Shown here: positions 51,136 to 61,887 of the stretch, one piece after another
How positions within the stretch are numbered: position 1 is the first letter of the stretch
Layout of the letters: each line of letters opens with the position of its first letter
Assembly: GCA_017861285.1 (NCBI GenBank)
Contig: JAGFXO010000001.1
Span: 115 to 64,114 of the forward strand
DNA length: 64,000 nucleotides
Direction: 5' to 3'
DNA from: Geobacteraceae bacterium
GTDB lineage: Bacteria; Desulfobacterota; Desulfuromonadia; Geobacterales; Geobacteraceae
The notes under the pieces: model-generated
What the model saw: the letters and a program-made list of their open reading frames with translations, nothing else
What the model was told of the DNA's origin: nothing
Databases searched by the model: none
Program-made: the position numbers and the translations under genes

Positions 51136-51930
51136 TCAGTACGTGCCGCCCACCAAGGTCGCGGTAATGCTTCCGACCGGGACCTTGGTTTTCATCATTA
51201 CCGGTAGATGCCTTATGTCATCGGTAAGCCAGATGTACATATCTCCCTTTTTTTCAAAGATGCCTTCCGATTTCATCAGGGGCTTGACTACAATCGTATT
51301 GAAGGTCCCCAACCTGACTTTGATCTTTTCCCTTCGCAGGACCTGAACCTCCGTATCCCACAGTTTCTTTCCGTCAAAAACAGTTACATAAATCGATTTA
51401 CCGATGTGAAGGGGCAATGACCGCACATAGTAAAAACTTGATAGCGTATCAAGGGTTTTATCATCGATTGCAACATTTTTCCTTTCACCGCCGAGGTGGT
51501 CTATGTACAAAGCGGTTCGCTTCGCGTGATCAAACAGGATTTCCTTGTCACGCCTGGTTTTTCCTTCCCTGATTTTCATTCGATATGATTTGGGCAAACC
51601 GAAAGCCGTTGACTGTTTGCGCACAAGCACTGATTCAATGCGGTCTTCGACCCGAAAAAAAGTACTGAGCCAATCGGCTGACCTCGCCGTCGACACTATC
51701 CGGACATTCCCTCCATCATGGGCAATTTCCTGAATCGCCGTTCCTGCTTTGATCCCTGTCCATGTAAGTTCATAGATCAGTTTCTCCGGTATGGCAACCG
51801 AATGGGCATCGAAAGGAGTGCCCAAAAGGAGTAGCGCTCCGCAGGAAACAACTGTGAGCAAGTATCGTATTATTCCGGACGGAACCTTCGATTCAACCGT
51901 TATCATTTCGCGGCAGTTTTCTTTTTGCAT
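51136..51930 (-). CDS. DUF3108-like secreted protein
   Basis: About 264 aa from the ATG at 51930 (AAGGAG RBS). N-terminal signal/TM segment followed by a beta-rich sequence. Confidence 0.65.
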   Translation of the reverse strand: MQKENCREMITVESKVPSGIIRYLLTVVSCGALLLLGTPFDAHSVAIPEKLIYELTWTGIKAGTAIQEIAHDGGNVRIVSTARSADWLSTFFRVEDRIESVLVRKQSTAFGLPKSYRMKIREGKTRRDKEILFDHAKRTALYIDHLGGERKNVAIDDKTLDTLSSFYYVRSLPLHIGKSIYVTVFDGKKLWDTEVQVLRREKIKVRLGTFNTIVVKPLMKSEGIFEKKGDMYIWLTDDIRHLPVMMKTKVPVGSITATLVGGTY

Positions 51931-52209
51931 TAAATACTCCTTACCTAAACTGAAATATGTAGCATACGGCACGGCCAAACGGCATTTGCCGTCAACCTCC
52001 GCCTTACTTCGGCACAACCTGCGGAAATAATTGTGAATGTTGTATTGCTTTTGTTACAAGCTTTGCTATAGTACTTCTTAATCTGTTTACGGCACACGGA
52101 TATGAAGCCATGTAGGCAACTCGTTGCGATTCCCATATTCGCATTTCCCGCCCGCAATCTTCCTTTTCCGGCGCCGGCAGGTCAATTCCATTATGAGGTG
52201 AAAACTGTC

Positions 52210-52389
52210 ATGAAAATGCAGGACGTCAAAGAAATCGCAAAAAAACGGGGCATCAAAACCGCAAGCATGAAAAAAGCCGATATTATCCGGGCCATCCAGC
52301 AGGATGAAGGCAATTCCGATTGCTATAACACGGGCAACGCGGAACATTGCGGACAAGCGGAATGTCTATGGAAAAATGACTGTATCTGA
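52210..52389 (+). CDS. Small SAP/Rho-N-domain protein with a C-terminal 4-Cys motif
   Basis: 59 aa: MKMQDVKEIAKKRGIKTASMKKADIIRAIQ, then C..........C....C......C. GAGGTG RBS. Confidence 0.65.
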   Translation: MKMQDVKEIAKKRGIKTASMKKADIIRAIQQDEGNSDCYNTGNAEHCGQAECLWKNDCI

Positions 52390-52407
52390 TCTGAAAACGC
52401 ATGCGCT

Positions 52408-53544
52408 TTACTCTCCGTGCACGAGATCGATAACTGTTACCTCCGGGGGGGCCAGAAAACGTATGGGTGGCCCCCATGTCCCGGTCCCCCTGCTCACGTA
52501 CAGCGTCCCGGCTCCCTCCTGACGCGAGGCTCCCGATGGTGCAGGGTAAATCAGGCGGGTAACAAGAATAAAAGGAAATATTTGCCCTTGGTGGATATGC
52601 CCGGAAAGCTGCAGATCATAGAGCCCCGGGCTTTCTTTCTCCACAACGGGCCGGTGCTTGAGAAGCAGGGTGAATTTGTCGCGCGGCAATCGCGCAAGCA
52701 TTTCCTTTTCAGGAGTCCCGCCGAAAACCCCCATTTGACGGCTCGCGGGATCACTCACCCCGGCAACGGTTATTCCCCCCTGGTATAAGGCTTTCCCGTC
52801 CATAACCGCAAAGCCCGTTTTTCTGGTGAAATTGAGTGCCTGGTCAATTCCGGCGTACCACTCATGGTTGCCGGTTACAGCATATTTCCCGTATTTCGGT
52901 TTAATTTCCCGCAGCGGGGCAACCAGTTCCGACAGGCCGTCAATCTGGCCATCCACGAGATCGCCCGTTGATACCAGCATATCCGCTTTTGTCGCCTCAA
53001 TTTCACGAATGATCCTTCTCAGCCGCTTTTCCCCGACAATCAGACCGAGATGCACGTCGGAAATCTGCACCACCCGGATTCGCCCGATCTCAACCGGAAT
53101 CTTTGCCGATTTGATTACAATCCGTTCCGCACGAAACTGCAACGCCTCGAAATACCCATAAAAAGAAATACAGACAGAAATGGCCGAAGCAGTCAGAAAG
53201 GCGGTCCTCCCCGAAACGCCCAGGCCCGGCAGGTCCCGATGAGCAACAAGTCGTGCCGCACCCGCGGCGAGCCGGAACAAATCCAATGCCACTGAAGCGG
53301 AAAAGAAAAGAAACAGGACCCCCATCCAGACATACCCGGCATACGCCAGAATTCGGGCGGCGTCCTCATATCCGGCCCGCTCCGCAAGGCGTACCAGGAT
53401 CGGGGCAATAACCATAAGTGCAAGAAAAAGAATAAGGGCCGAACTGCAAGCGGGACCGGGCGCAAAGGCGCCCCTGAACTTCGCAAAAAAGTAAAAATGT
53501 ACTCCTCCGTACACTATGAAAAAAGCCAGGAGAAAGAGGCTCAT
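52408..53544 (-). CDS. Membrane-anchored metallophosphoesterase
   Basis: 378 aa. About 4 N-terminal TM helices, then DVHLG, GDLVD and GNHE motifs. Confidence 0.8.
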   Translation of the reverse strand: MSLFLLAFFIVYGGVHFYFFAKFRGAFAPGPACSSALILFLALMVIAPILVRLAERAGYEDAARILAYAGYVWMGVLFLFFSASVALDLFRLAAGAARLVAHRDLPGLGVSGRTAFLTASAISVCISFYGYFEALQFRAERIVIKSAKIPVEIGRIRVVQISDVHLGLIVGEKRLRRIIREIEATKADMLVSTGDLVDGQIDGLSELVAPLREIKPKYGKYAVTGNHEWYAGIDQALNFTRKTGFAVMDGKALYQGGITVAGVSDPASRQMGVFGGTPEKEMLARLPRDKFTLLLKHRPVVEKESPGLYDLQLSGHIHQGQIFPFILVTRLIYPAPSGASRQEGAGTLYVSRGTGTWGPPIRFLAPPEVTVIDLVHGE

Positions 53545-53621
53545 GAGTATTCCACCGCCCGTCCTTTGCCAAAACCCGTCGGCAGTTTATTTATCCTGAT
53601 TCTTTGAAAACACTTCGTCCC

Positions 53622-54788
53622 TCATACCGCCCTCAGCGCATCCACAATCTCCATCCTGGCAGCCCGCACCGCCGGGAGCAGTCCTCCGACAAACCCCATC
53701 ACAAGAGAAAAAAGAAGTGACTTCCAAATGATATCAACCGTGAGCGCAAAACCGAACGAGAGTTCGGCGAAGGTCTGCCAGTTCATGGTCGATATGGTAA
53801 TCAACTGCATGAAGGAAGCCAGGAATATCCCCAACGTGCCTCCCAGGATACCGAGAAAGAGGGATTCGAGCATGAATGCCGCAAGGATACTGCCTTTCAT
53901 GAATCCAAGAGCCCTTAGTGTACCGATCTCTGTGGTGCGGGTCGACACGGCGGCATACATCGTTATCATCGCACCGATGACAGCACCCAACGAAAAAATG
54001 ATCGTGAGGGTTATCCCGAGAATGCGAAGGAATTTCGCCATCGCCTCAGATTGGTCGGCATAATACCTGGTTTCGCGCCGCGCTTCGATGGTGAGGCGGG
54101 GGTCACTCTCCATCCTTTGTTTGAAACCGTCAAATTCGCCCGAGTTCCGCAGCTTGAAAATGACCGAGGAGTAAACCGGCCGGCGAAACGCCTGCATCAA
54201 TTGATCCGCGTCTCCCCATATTTCAGAATTGAACCCGGTACTTCCGGCATCAAAGACGCCGACTACCCGCCAGTTGCGCATCCCGAACCTGAGAGTCTCT
54301 CCGAACCCGGCGCCCTTGAACCGTTCCGCAATACTTTTCCCCGCAACAACCTCTGCCGATCCGGGGCGTGGCATTCTTCCTTCAATCAGTTTTACCTGCG
54401 GCCTCAGAACGAGGGAAGCCTCCGCCGTTCCTCTAATCACCACATTGGAAGGTTTGCCGGTACCCCTCTTCGACAGGTTTATCAGAACGACCAGTTCCCT
54501 TGCCAAAAGCTTGCGGCCATTTACCCCTGTCGCCACTTCGGGCTGGCTCTCCACAATAGCCGCCTGGAACCTTTCGACACCACTCTGCACTTCCGAGCCG
54601 GCCCCCTTGCGAATGGCAACCACATTGTCGAAGGAGCCAGTATCCACCAGGGTCTTGCGCAGCCCTTCCACAAGCATCAGGGTGGCGGCAAAGACAAAGA
54701 CCACCAGAGCCATTCCGAACGCCGTCAGAACAGTTGTCAGCCTGCGGGTCCAGAGGTTTCTGAAACTGTAATAGTAAGGAATGCCCAT
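53622..54788 (-). CDS. ABC transporter permease (FtsX/MacB-type)
   Basis: About 388 aa from the ATG at 54788. One TM, a large periplasmic domain, then a 3-TM FtsX domain. Confidence 0.85.
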   Translation of the reverse strand: MGIPYYYSFRNLWTRRLTTVLTAFGMALVVFVFAATLMLVEGLRKTLVDTGSFDNVVAIRKGAGSEVQSGVERFQAAIVESQPEVATGVNGRKLLARELVVLINLSKRGTGKPSNVVIRGTAEASLVLRPQVKLIEGRMPRPGSAEVVAGKSIAERFKGAGFGETLRFGMRNWRVVGVFDAGSTGFNSEIWGDADQLMQAFRRPVYSSVIFKLRNSGEFDGFKQRMESDPRLTIEARRETRYYADQSEAMAKFLRILGITLTIIFSLGAVIGAMITMYAAVSTRTTEIGTLRALGFMKGSILAAFMLESLFLGILGGTLGIFLASFMQLITISTMNWQTFAELSFGFALTVDIIWKSLLFSLVMGFVGGLLPAVRAARMEIVDALRAV

Positions 54789-54793
54789 AATTC

Positions 54794-54820
54794 GTGCAAC
54801 GTACGACGTGCGACGGTCCG
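54794..54820 (-). repeat. Short intergenic repeat (GTYGCACG units), inverted copy
   Basis: The reverse complement CCGTCGCACGTCGTACGTTGCACG resembles the copies at 55004 and 56909. Confidence 0.5.
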
Positions 54821-54829
54821 AAAACAAAG

Positions 54830-55015
54830 TTATTTCATAGAAGCAACAAGTCTACTGAGCATTCTGATAATACGATCGCACTTTCCGTTTAATTCCATGA
54901 ATGACTCATCATCAAGATATCCCAGCTCATGCCCTAAATTAAAGACATCCATATCTTCAAGCTTCATAAAAGGCCCTACTTTCGTCTCGAGCAATTTGGA
55001 TACCGTACGTCGCAC
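54830..55015 (-). pseudogene. C-terminal remnant of a four-helix-bundle (23S rRNA IVS-type) protein gene
   Basis: 61 codons with a GTG start. The tail LGHELGYLDDESFMELNGKCDRIIRMLSRLVASMK resembles only the last helices of that roughly 120-aa family. Wedged between two permease genes. Confidence 0.5.
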
Positions 55016-55030
55016 GTTGAACGTCGCACG
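55004..55030 (+). repeat. Short intergenic repeat, tandem GTACGTCGCACG / TTGAACGTCGCACG
   Basis: Read directly. Inverted relative to the copy at 54794-54820 and direct relative to the copy at 56909-56942. Confidence 0.5.
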
Positions 55031-55034
55031 ACTT

Positions 55035-56192
55035 TTATCCTATCCTTCGTAAACCATCCGCTATGCCAATCGTGGCACCGCGCCAGGTGGGAAACAATGC
55101 CGCGACAACACCCACGATCAAGGCAGCGAGCATTTCCAGGCACACCGTTGAAGCAGACACCGAAAAAATCGGGAAATACTGGCTCAGGGCCGTTTTGATC
55201 CAGTGGGCAGCAGGGAAAGTCAGCAAAACTCCCATCCCCCCACCGACAGCTGAAATGATAACAGATTCACCGAATACCAGCACTGCGATATGCCGTGCGC
55301 CGAAGCCAAGTGTCTTCATGGTTGCGTATTCGCCCAGCCGTTCCCGAGCCGTCATCGCCATGGTGTTGGCTGCGACCGCCATTATTATAACGATAACCAC
55401 GTAGGAAACAATCTTGATGGCTATCATGATAGCCTCCGTCATGGACACAAAACCCAACTGAAAGGCTTTCTCCGTTTCAGTGAGGGTCTCGGCCAGAGAA
55501 TTCCGGAAAAGCCTGTCTACTGATACCGCCACTTCCGCCGCCTGATCGGGCCGTGAAACGCCGATCATATAGTATCCCACCTGGTCTGCCCTTCGCGGCA
55601 CTGTTTTTTTCAGTGTTTCATTGAGGTAATCCCAATGGAAGAAGAACTGCGTTTCATCGGTACTCTTTTGCGCGCCGCGATAGATGGAGCGCAGGATGAA
55701 ATCCCATTGCCCGGGGAAAATGGTGCCCTTCAGGGTTATCTGATCCCCCACCTTCCAGCCGTATTTGGCGGCCAGTTTTCTCCCGGCAACAGCACCCTTG
55801 CGGTCAAGGAGAAAGGCCGCCTTCTGGTCGGGGGAAAGTACAAATTCCGGATACAATTCAAGATAACTTTTTGGCTCCACGGCAAAATTGGGGAAAAAAT
55901 TCTTAGGATCGATGTACACCCCCCCAAACCAGTTCCCCCAGGAAACTGCTTCAATACCGCGAACACGGCTTATCCTGTCCTTATATGAGATAGGGAGGGT
56001 AAAAACAAGTGAAATGGAGTTTCTCGTCACCAGGCGGGTTGCGGACGACGATTCCACCCCCAGGTACCATAAACCCACAAGGGTCCGCAGCAGGCCGAAG
56101 GCAAGAACGGCGATTGCGACTCCTACGATGGTGAGGATAGTGCGCATCTTGTGGCGAAAAGCATTACGTATGATCATCGTGAGAAAAAACAT
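55035..56192 (-). CDS. ABC transporter permease (FtsX/MacB-type)
   Basis: 385 aa with the same architecture as 53622-54788. Confidence 0.85.
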   Translation of the reverse strand: MFFLTMIIRNAFRHKMRTILTIVGVAIAVLAFGLLRTLVGLWYLGVESSSATRLVTRNSISLVFTLPISYKDRISRVRGIEAVSWGNWFGGVYIDPKNFFPNFAVEPKSYLELYPEFVLSPDQKAAFLLDRKGAVAGRKLAAKYGWKVGDQITLKGTIFPGQWDFILRSIYRGAQKSTDETQFFFHWDYLNETLKKTVPRRADQVGYYMIGVSRPDQAAEVAVSVDRLFRNSLAETLTETEKAFQLGFVSMTEAIMIAIKIVSYVVIVIIMAVAANTMAMTARERLGEYATMKTLGFGARHIAVLVFGESVIISAVGGGMGVLLTFPAAHWIKTALSQYFPIFSVSASTVCLEMLAALIVGVVAALFPTWRGATIGIADGLRRIG

Positions 56193-56203
56193 GTGCGTAA
56201 CCG

Positions 56204-56899
56204 CTACCCACTGCTCAGGACACCCTTGTCAAGGTGCCTTATGAGACGGGCCTTTTCCGCCGCCCTGGGATCATGGGTAACCATGATGACCGTCTTGCCG
56301 AACTCGTGATTGAGCCGATCGATGAAATTGAGTATTTCTATTGCGGAAACCTTGTCCAGGTCGCCGGTCGGCTCATCAGCGACAAGTATCACCGGATCGG
56401 TGATTATTGCCCGGGCGATGGCAACGCGCTGCTGCTGCCCACCGGAAAGCTGTGAAGGGTAATGGTCCATCCGGTCCGCAAGATTTACCAGTCGCAAAGC
56501 GGTTTCCACATGCTCCCGGCGTTCTTTGCGGGAAAGGCGTGTGAGCAGCAGGGGCAGTTCGACGTTTTCAAAGGCCGTAAGCACCGGGATGAGATTATAA
56601 AACTGGAAGATGAAGCCGATATTGGCTGAACGCCATCCGGCCAGTTCGGTTTCCGAGAGTGAGGTGATATCGACTCCGCCAATCATTATCTGCCCGGAAT
56701 CGGCCTTGTCGATGCCAGCCAGAAGGTTGAGAAGGGTGCTCTTGCCGGAACCGGACGGTCCCATCAGCGCGATGAAATCCCCCTCGCCGATATCGAAATT
56801 GATATCCATCAGCACGGGGATGTCCTGGCTGCCCCGGCGGTAGGACTTGGAGAGGTTTCGAATCTGGACAATTGGTGGTTTCACGGTAATGCTTTCCAT
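56204..56899 (-). CDS. ABC transporter ATP-binding protein (MacB/LolD-like)
   Basis: Walker [10 protein letters not shown], signature [14 protein letters not shown], and Walker B ILVADEPT. Confidence 0.95.
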   Translation of the reverse strand: MESITVKPPIVQIRNLSKSYRRGSQDIPVLMDINFDIGEGDFIALMGPSGSGKSTLLNLLAGIDKADSGQIMIGGVDITSLSETELAGWRSANIGFIFQFYNLIPVLTAFENVELPLLLTRLSRKERREHVETALRLVNLADRMDHYPSQLSGGQQQRVAIARAIITDPVILVADEPTGDLDKVSAIEILNFIDRLNHEFGKTVIMVTHDPRAAEKARLIRHLDKGVLSSG

Positions 56900-56908
56900 T
56901 TTTGTATT

Positions 56909-56942
56909 AAACGTCTAACGTTGCACGTTAAACGTCGCACGG
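56909..56942 (+). repeat. Short intergenic repeat, third copy
   Basis: AAACGTCTAACGTTGCACGTTAAACGTCGCACGG, located between the adaptor and ATPase genes. Confidence 0.5.
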
Positions 56943-56953
56943 CTTCTCCATCC

Positions 56954-58171
56954 TCACTTTTCCGCTATCCTCACATTCATCCCGTCTTTCAGTTTTTCCG
57001 GCGGCTTCAACACCACCTTGTCGCCTGCCTTGGCCCCCTTCCGGATTTCCAGGAAGTCACCGACAGTGCTGCCGATTGCAACCGGCGTTTCCACCACCCG
57101 ATCACCCTGGAGCATGAACACCACCTTCCTGCCTTTGCGGGAGACCACTGCAGAAGGGGAAACGGCGGTTTTGGGTTTTCTTTCAGCAGCGGGCAAGGGT
57201 TTGGAAAGAAAGGCAACCATGGCACTCATTTCCGGGAGAACACGATGATCCGTATCGACAAAACGGACCTTCACCAGCACCGTCGCCTTGGAGCGGTCAG
57301 CGGTCGGAACGATCATGTGCACCACTCCGCGAAACCTGTCTTCAGGGAAGGCATCGAGGCTGATTTCACAAGGCTGCTCCACCCTGATTTTCCCCAGGTT
57401 CGATTCCGACACGTCGGCTTCAACCTGCAGAGAACCCATGTCGGCAATTGTCACAACAGATGCCCTGGCATTTGCCGCAGCTCCCAATGGAGTGATGATG
57501 TCACCAACATCGGCATTCTTTGTCAGGACGACCGCATCGAATGGAGCGCGTATCTGGGTGTATTCAATAGCAACCTCGGCTTCCCGGAGGGCTGCGCGAG
57601 CCGCACTTACAGACGATTCACCGGCGGCAACCGCGGCCTTTGCTTTCCTGTATCGCGCCTCAGCGGCATCAAAATCGGCCTGGGCAACAATCCCCTGTTT
57701 AAACAGATCCGTCTGCCGGTTAAACGACAGGGCGGCGTCATGCAACTCCGCCCGGCTTTGATTCAGATTCTCTTTGGATACGTTCAGGTTTGCGGAGGCC
57801 TGTTGCCGGACTGCAGCCACATCTTCACCTTCGAGGCGCGCAATGACTTCCCCCCTGCGCACCCTGTCCCCCTCTTCAACACCAAGCCATTCAAGTCTGG
57901 AGGTGGTTTTTGAGGCAACAGCCGCTTTTCGCTGGGCAACGACATAACCGCTTGCATTGAGTACGGTGTAGCTCTGGTAAGGGTAAACCTGGGAGACCGT
58001 AACAAGGTCTACTTCGACAGAAGGAGAAAAAACACCCGCAAGATAGAGAATAACTGCAAGGATGACAGCCGAAACTACGGCAGCACGGAATAAAAGCTTG
58101 CGGCGCCCCCCTGCTCTCGCGGAAATTGGGGTTTTGTCAATTTTCAATTTTGAAAGGTCTTCGTCCGGCAT
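56954..58171 (-). CDS. HlyD/MacA-family periplasmic adaptor
   Basis: About 405 aa from the ATG at 58171. N-terminal TM, coiled-coil hairpin, lipoyl and beta-barrel domains. Confidence 0.85.
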   Translation of the reverse strand: MPDEDLSKLKIDKTPISARAGGRRKLLFRAAVVSAVILAVILYLAGVFSPSVEVDLVTVSQVYPYQSYTVLNASGYVVAQRKAAVASKTTSRLEWLGVEEGDRVRRGEVIARLEGEDVAAVRQQASANLNVSKENLNQSRAELHDAALSFNRQTDLFKQGIVAQADFDAAEARYRKAKAAVAAGESSVSAARAALREAEVAIEYTQIRAPFDAVVLTKNADVGDIITPLGAAANARASVVTIADMGSLQVEADVSESNLGKIRVEQPCEISLDAFPEDRFRGVVHMIVPTADRSKATVLVKVRFVDTDHRVLPEMSAMVAFLSKPLPAAERKPKTAVSPSAVVSRKGRKVVFMLQGDRVVETPVAIGSTVGDFLEIRKGAKAGDKVVLKPPEKLKDGMNVRIAEK

Positions 58172-58365
58172 AGGGTATAGACTCCAGGGAAGATTAACTG
58201 ACCGGCAGCAATCAAGCCTCCCGTCTCGAGTGCAGAAGGAAATTGGAGAGTCTCTCGGCAATCGTCAATGTCTGTTATTTCGCCCCAAAAGACGAAGTCG
58301 AGGAGGTTCCCTCATCCACCTTTACCATTTTAGCCGTATTCGTGAAGACTTGCACTCTGGATTTC

Positions 58366-59898
58366 TCAATCTCTGCTCTTTTCGTACAACGAATCCGCAT
58401 CCTTTTGATTCAGGGTTATGCCTTCCCTTTCCAGAAGCTCGCCACTAGCCTTCCACAGGGCGGTTATGGCATTGTTGTAATCTGCCAGCGCCCTTATCTG
58501 GTTTCCCTTGGCCGTAACCAGGTCATTTTCCACATCGAGCACGTCCTTGGCCGTTGCCAACCCAACCTGGTTTTTCTTGATGTACGCATGCAGACGTTCC
58601 TCTGCATAGGCGCTCCCCCGCGTCGTGACATCAAGCTGCTTGTAGCTTGACTTCAAAGCCCGGACGGCATTACGCACCTCATTGGCGATCGTGTCTTCCA
58701 GACTCTTCACCTGGGTCTGTGTCTGTCCGATCCTCAGTTTGCTTTTTATGTATTCGTTTTCCGCTGTCTGATTGCCGAGCGGGTAGGAAAACTGCAGGCC
58801 GACAGCCCATATGGGATAGTCGCCGGATACCACCTTGTCCGTATCTCTGCTGTAGCTTTTACCCAACCCCGTGAGGGCAGCGCTTGCGATAAAAGACAGG
58901 TCGGGAAGAGTCTGATGCCCGGCCACCCTGGACTGAAGTTCAGTGGCCTTGAGGGTTGTCAGCAACTGTTTCAAATCAGAGCGCTCGGTAAGGGCTTTCC
59001 GGATCGAAGCTGCCTCGTCAACCGCATATTCGTCCCGCAAGGGTTTATCAACGGGCACGATATCCCCTCCCGCCGGGAGTTGCAGAAGCACCTGCAGACT
59101 GTCGACCTGATCTTTAACGGCACGTTCCGCGTCAATCAGATTCTTCTGCATGGAGGCGACACCGAATTGGGCATTCAGGATCTCCATCGCCGGCAAAACC
59201 CCGGCTTTGACCTGGGCACGGGTATCGTTCAGTATCTTCTCCGCAAGCATCAGTGAAGTCTTTTTCACTTCCAGGTCTTCCCGCAGGCTGTTTAGTTGAA
59301 AGTACTGGGTCCTGACCTGCGCTATGGTATCTATCAGTTTTGTTTTGAATTGATCAAGCGCCCCCTCTTTGTTGTATTTCGCAACCGAAATATTCAATTC
59401 CGTGGTTTCCCTGCCGAAATTTTTCAGCAGAGGTTGAGTAAAGGTAAGGGCGAGTTGAGACTGCCAGTAGTCGTTCAGGAACCCTCTCTCCGGACTGGAG
59501 TTGTTCTGGTTCCAGGTGTTATCGAACACCAGGCCCAGTGCCCCCCCGGACGGAATAAGCTGATTGATGCCCGGATTGATCTGCAGGATCTTCTCCCTGC
59601 TGAGCGGGGTTCCCGCTAAAAAGATGCTGGGCAGTTGCGTGGTGGAATTCTCGTAGTTTACGAGAAAGGAAAGAAGAGGATCGTACATACCCGAGTTTTT
59701 TCTAATATCGGCTTCGGCCATGGCGGAATTGTACAGTTCTGCCTTGACATCGAGATTTTTCTCCACAGCCATCGTGATCGCCTGTTTCAGGGTCAGGTTG
59801 AGGGATCCATCTTCTGCATCAGCATGTCCGAAAAGGCACGAACCAGACACCATGACGATGAAAAACAGGATTCTCGAGGAGAAATGATAACTGGGCAT
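58366..59898 (-). CDS. TolC-family outer membrane channel
   Basis: 510 aa with a signal peptide and two OEP repeats. Confidence 0.85.
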   Translation of the reverse strand: MPSYHFSSRILFFIVMVSGSCLFGHADAEDGSLNLTLKQAITMAVEKNLDVKAELYNSAMAEADIRKNSGMYDPLLSFLVNYENSTTQLPSIFLAGTPLSREKILQINPGINQLIPSGGALGLVFDNTWNQNNSSPERGFLNDYWQSQLALTFTQPLLKNFGRETTELNISVAKYNKEGALDQFKTKLIDTIAQVRTQYFQLNSLREDLEVKKTSLMLAEKILNDTRAQVKAGVLPAMEILNAQFGVASMQKNLIDAERAVKDQVDSLQVLLQLPAGGDIVPVDKPLRDEYAVDEAASIRKALTERSDLKQLLTTLKATELQSRVAGHQTLPDLSFIASAALTGLGKSYSRDTDKVVSGDYPIWAVGLQFSYPLGNQTAENEYIKSKLRIGQTQTQVKSLEDTIANEVRNAVRALKSSYKQLDVTTRGSAYAEERLHAYIKKNQVGLATAKDVLDVENDLVTAKGNQIRALADYNNAITALWKASGELLEREGITLNQKDADSLYEKSRD

Positions 59899-59938
59899 CG
59901 GAAAAATCCTTTCTGCTATTCATTACTATTCATTATTA

Positions 59939-61168
59939 TTACTCGTACCGCAACGCTTCGATCGGGTTCAACAAGGCCGCTTTTCTTGCAGGGTAGAAAC
60001 CGAAAAAGATCCCTACTGCACCCGAAAACCCGACGGCCATCAGAATCGCCTTTGCGGATATGAGCGTCGGCCAGTTGAAAAAAGCCGAGACGAGTTTCGC
60101 CCCGGCTACGCCCAATGCCATCCCCAATATGCCGCCGATCAGTGTCAGCAAGACTGCTTCGACCAGGAACTGGAGCATTATATCCCTTTCTTTTGCTCCG
60201 ATTGCCATGCGAATGCCGATTTCCCTTGTCCTTTCGGTTACCGAAACCAGCATGATATTCATGATGCCGATCCCGCCGACAATCAGGGATATGGACGCCA
60301 CCGCTCCCAGCAAAAACGACATGGCTTTCGATGACTGTTCGGCAACACCCAGTATCTCCGACAGGTTCCTCACGGTAAAATCCTGATCACGGCTGGGGCC
60401 GATCCTGTGCCGCTGACTGAGCAGCACGTTCACCTGCTCTTCCGCCCTGTCCAGATCCTGCTCGCTTTTTGCCTGGACCATGATCGACCCGACCGTATTG
60501 GGGAACTGCGTGCCAAAAAGTTTTCTCTGTGCGGTCCGAAGGGGTATATAGACTATATCATCCTGGTCCGTCCCCTGGGGGGACTGCCCCTTTTGGTCCA
60601 GGAGACCGACAACCGTAAAAGGGACCTTTTTTATTCTGACAATTTTCCCGATTGGGTCTTCGGAACCGAAAAGATTCGTGGCAACCGTCTGCCCGATAAG
60701 GCAGTTCTTTACGGAACCTTCTACGTCGGACGGGGTAATATGCCTTCCATGAATAACCGGCCAATTCCTGACAAGGAGATACTCCGGGGTTATTCCCATG
60801 ACTACCGTAGACCAGTTCATGTTACCGTAAATGATTTGCGCCGCCCCCCGTACGACCGGCGCTGCATATGCTACCGCGGAGCATTCTTTTTGTATGGCCC
60901 TTGCATCATCATAGGTAAGGGTGGGCGCTGCTCCGGTAGGGAGACGAAGACCGCCGCTGGTTGTTGACCCAGGCAGAATCAGGAGGATGTTGCTGCCGAT
61001 ACTGGCAATCTGTTCGGAAACAATTTTGCTCGCGCCTGAGCCGATGGCAACCATGGCAATGACAGCGGCAATACCGATGATGATCCCCAGCATGGTAAGG
61101 AAAGAGCGCATCTTGTTGCTCCGCAGCGCCCTGATTGCAATTCTCAGACTCATGAGAAGTTCCATCAC
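59939..61168 (-). CDS. MacB-type ABC permease (MacB periplasmic core domain plus FtsX)
   Basis: 409 aa. Overlaps the ATPase gene's stop by 4 nt. Confidence 0.9.
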   Translation of the reverse strand: MMELLMSLRIAIRALRSNKMRSFLTMLGIIIGIAAVIAMVAIGSGASKIVSEQIASIGSNILLILPGSTTSGGLRLPTGAAPTLTYDDARAIQKECSAVAYAAPVVRGAAQIIYGNMNWSTVVMGITPEYLLVRNWPVIHGRHITPSDVEGSVKNCLIGQTVATNLFGSEDPIGKIVRIKKVPFTVVGLLDQKGQSPQGTDQDDIVYIPLRTAQRKLFGTQFPNTVGSIMVQAKSEQDLDRAEEQVNVLLSQRHRIGPSRDQDFTVRNLSEILGVAEQSSKAMSFLLGAVASISLIVGGIGIMNIMLVSVTERTREIGIRMAIGAKERDIMLQFLVEAVLLTLIGGILGMALGVAGAKLVSAFFNWPTLISAKAILMAVGFSGAVGIFFGFYPARKAALLNPIEALRYE

Positions 61169-61887
61169 AAGTTCCCTCGGCTCCGACCCGTTTCCGTCGG
61201 GTCGGGCAACTGCACATCGGAGAGGATGCGTCCGTCGCGAAACACTACGTTTCTCTTGCTGAACGCCGCTATGTCCGGTTCATGGGTCACCATGACAATG
61301 GTTATCCCCTGCCGGTTAAGCTTCTGGAAGATTGCCATTATTTCCGAACTGGTTGCGGTATCCAGGTTTCCTGTCGGTTCATCGGCCAGGATTATTGACG
61401 GCTCCCCCACCAGTGCCCGGGCTATTGCAACCCGCTGCTGCTGACCACCGGACATCTGGTTACTGTAATGTTGCGAACGGTCGGCGAGCCCCACCATCTC
61501 AAGAGCGGCAATGGCCTTTGCTCTCCTCTTCACAGCGGGAACCCTGCCGTATATAAGCGGCAGTTCGACATTTTCCAATGCAGATGTTCTGCTCAGCAGG
61601 TTAAATCCCTGAAAGACGAAGCCTATCTTCCTGTTGCGTATTTCCGCGAGGGCGTTTTTTGACATCCCCCGGACGTTTTCCCCTTCAATCCAGTAATCTC
61701 CGGAAGTGGGAAGATCAAGACAGCCGATGATATTCATGAAAGTAGACTTGCCGCTTCCCGATGCTCCCATGATAGAGAGGAAATCCCCCCTCTCCACTGA
61801 CAGGGAAACCTCCTTGAGGGCCTCGACCCGCTGTTCTCCCGAACTGTACACCTTTGAAATCCGGATTGTGCGGACAACATCTTCCAT
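61165..61887 (-). CDS. ABC transporter ATP-binding protein (MacB ATPase-like)
   Basis: Walker [10 protein letters not shown] and signature [14 protein letters not shown]. Confidence 0.95.
   Translation of the reverse strand: MEDVVRTIRISKVYSSGEQRVEALKEVSLSVERGDFLSIMGASGSGKSTFMNIIGCLDLPTSGDYWIEGENVRGMSKNALAEIRNRKIGFVFQGFNLLSRTSALENVELPLIYGRVPAVKRRAKAIAALEMVGLADRSQHYSNQMSGGQQQRVAIARALVGEPSIILADEPTGNLDTATSSEIMAIFQKLNRQGITIVMVTHEPDIAAFSKRNVVFRDGRILSDVQLPDPTETGRSRGNL

Noticed and set aside
54051-57913. Plus-strand ORFs of 333 and 330 aa opposite the ABC permease and adaptor genes
   Set aside because: They are antisense shadows of well-supported minus-strand genes, with Arg/Pro/Gly-rich composition.
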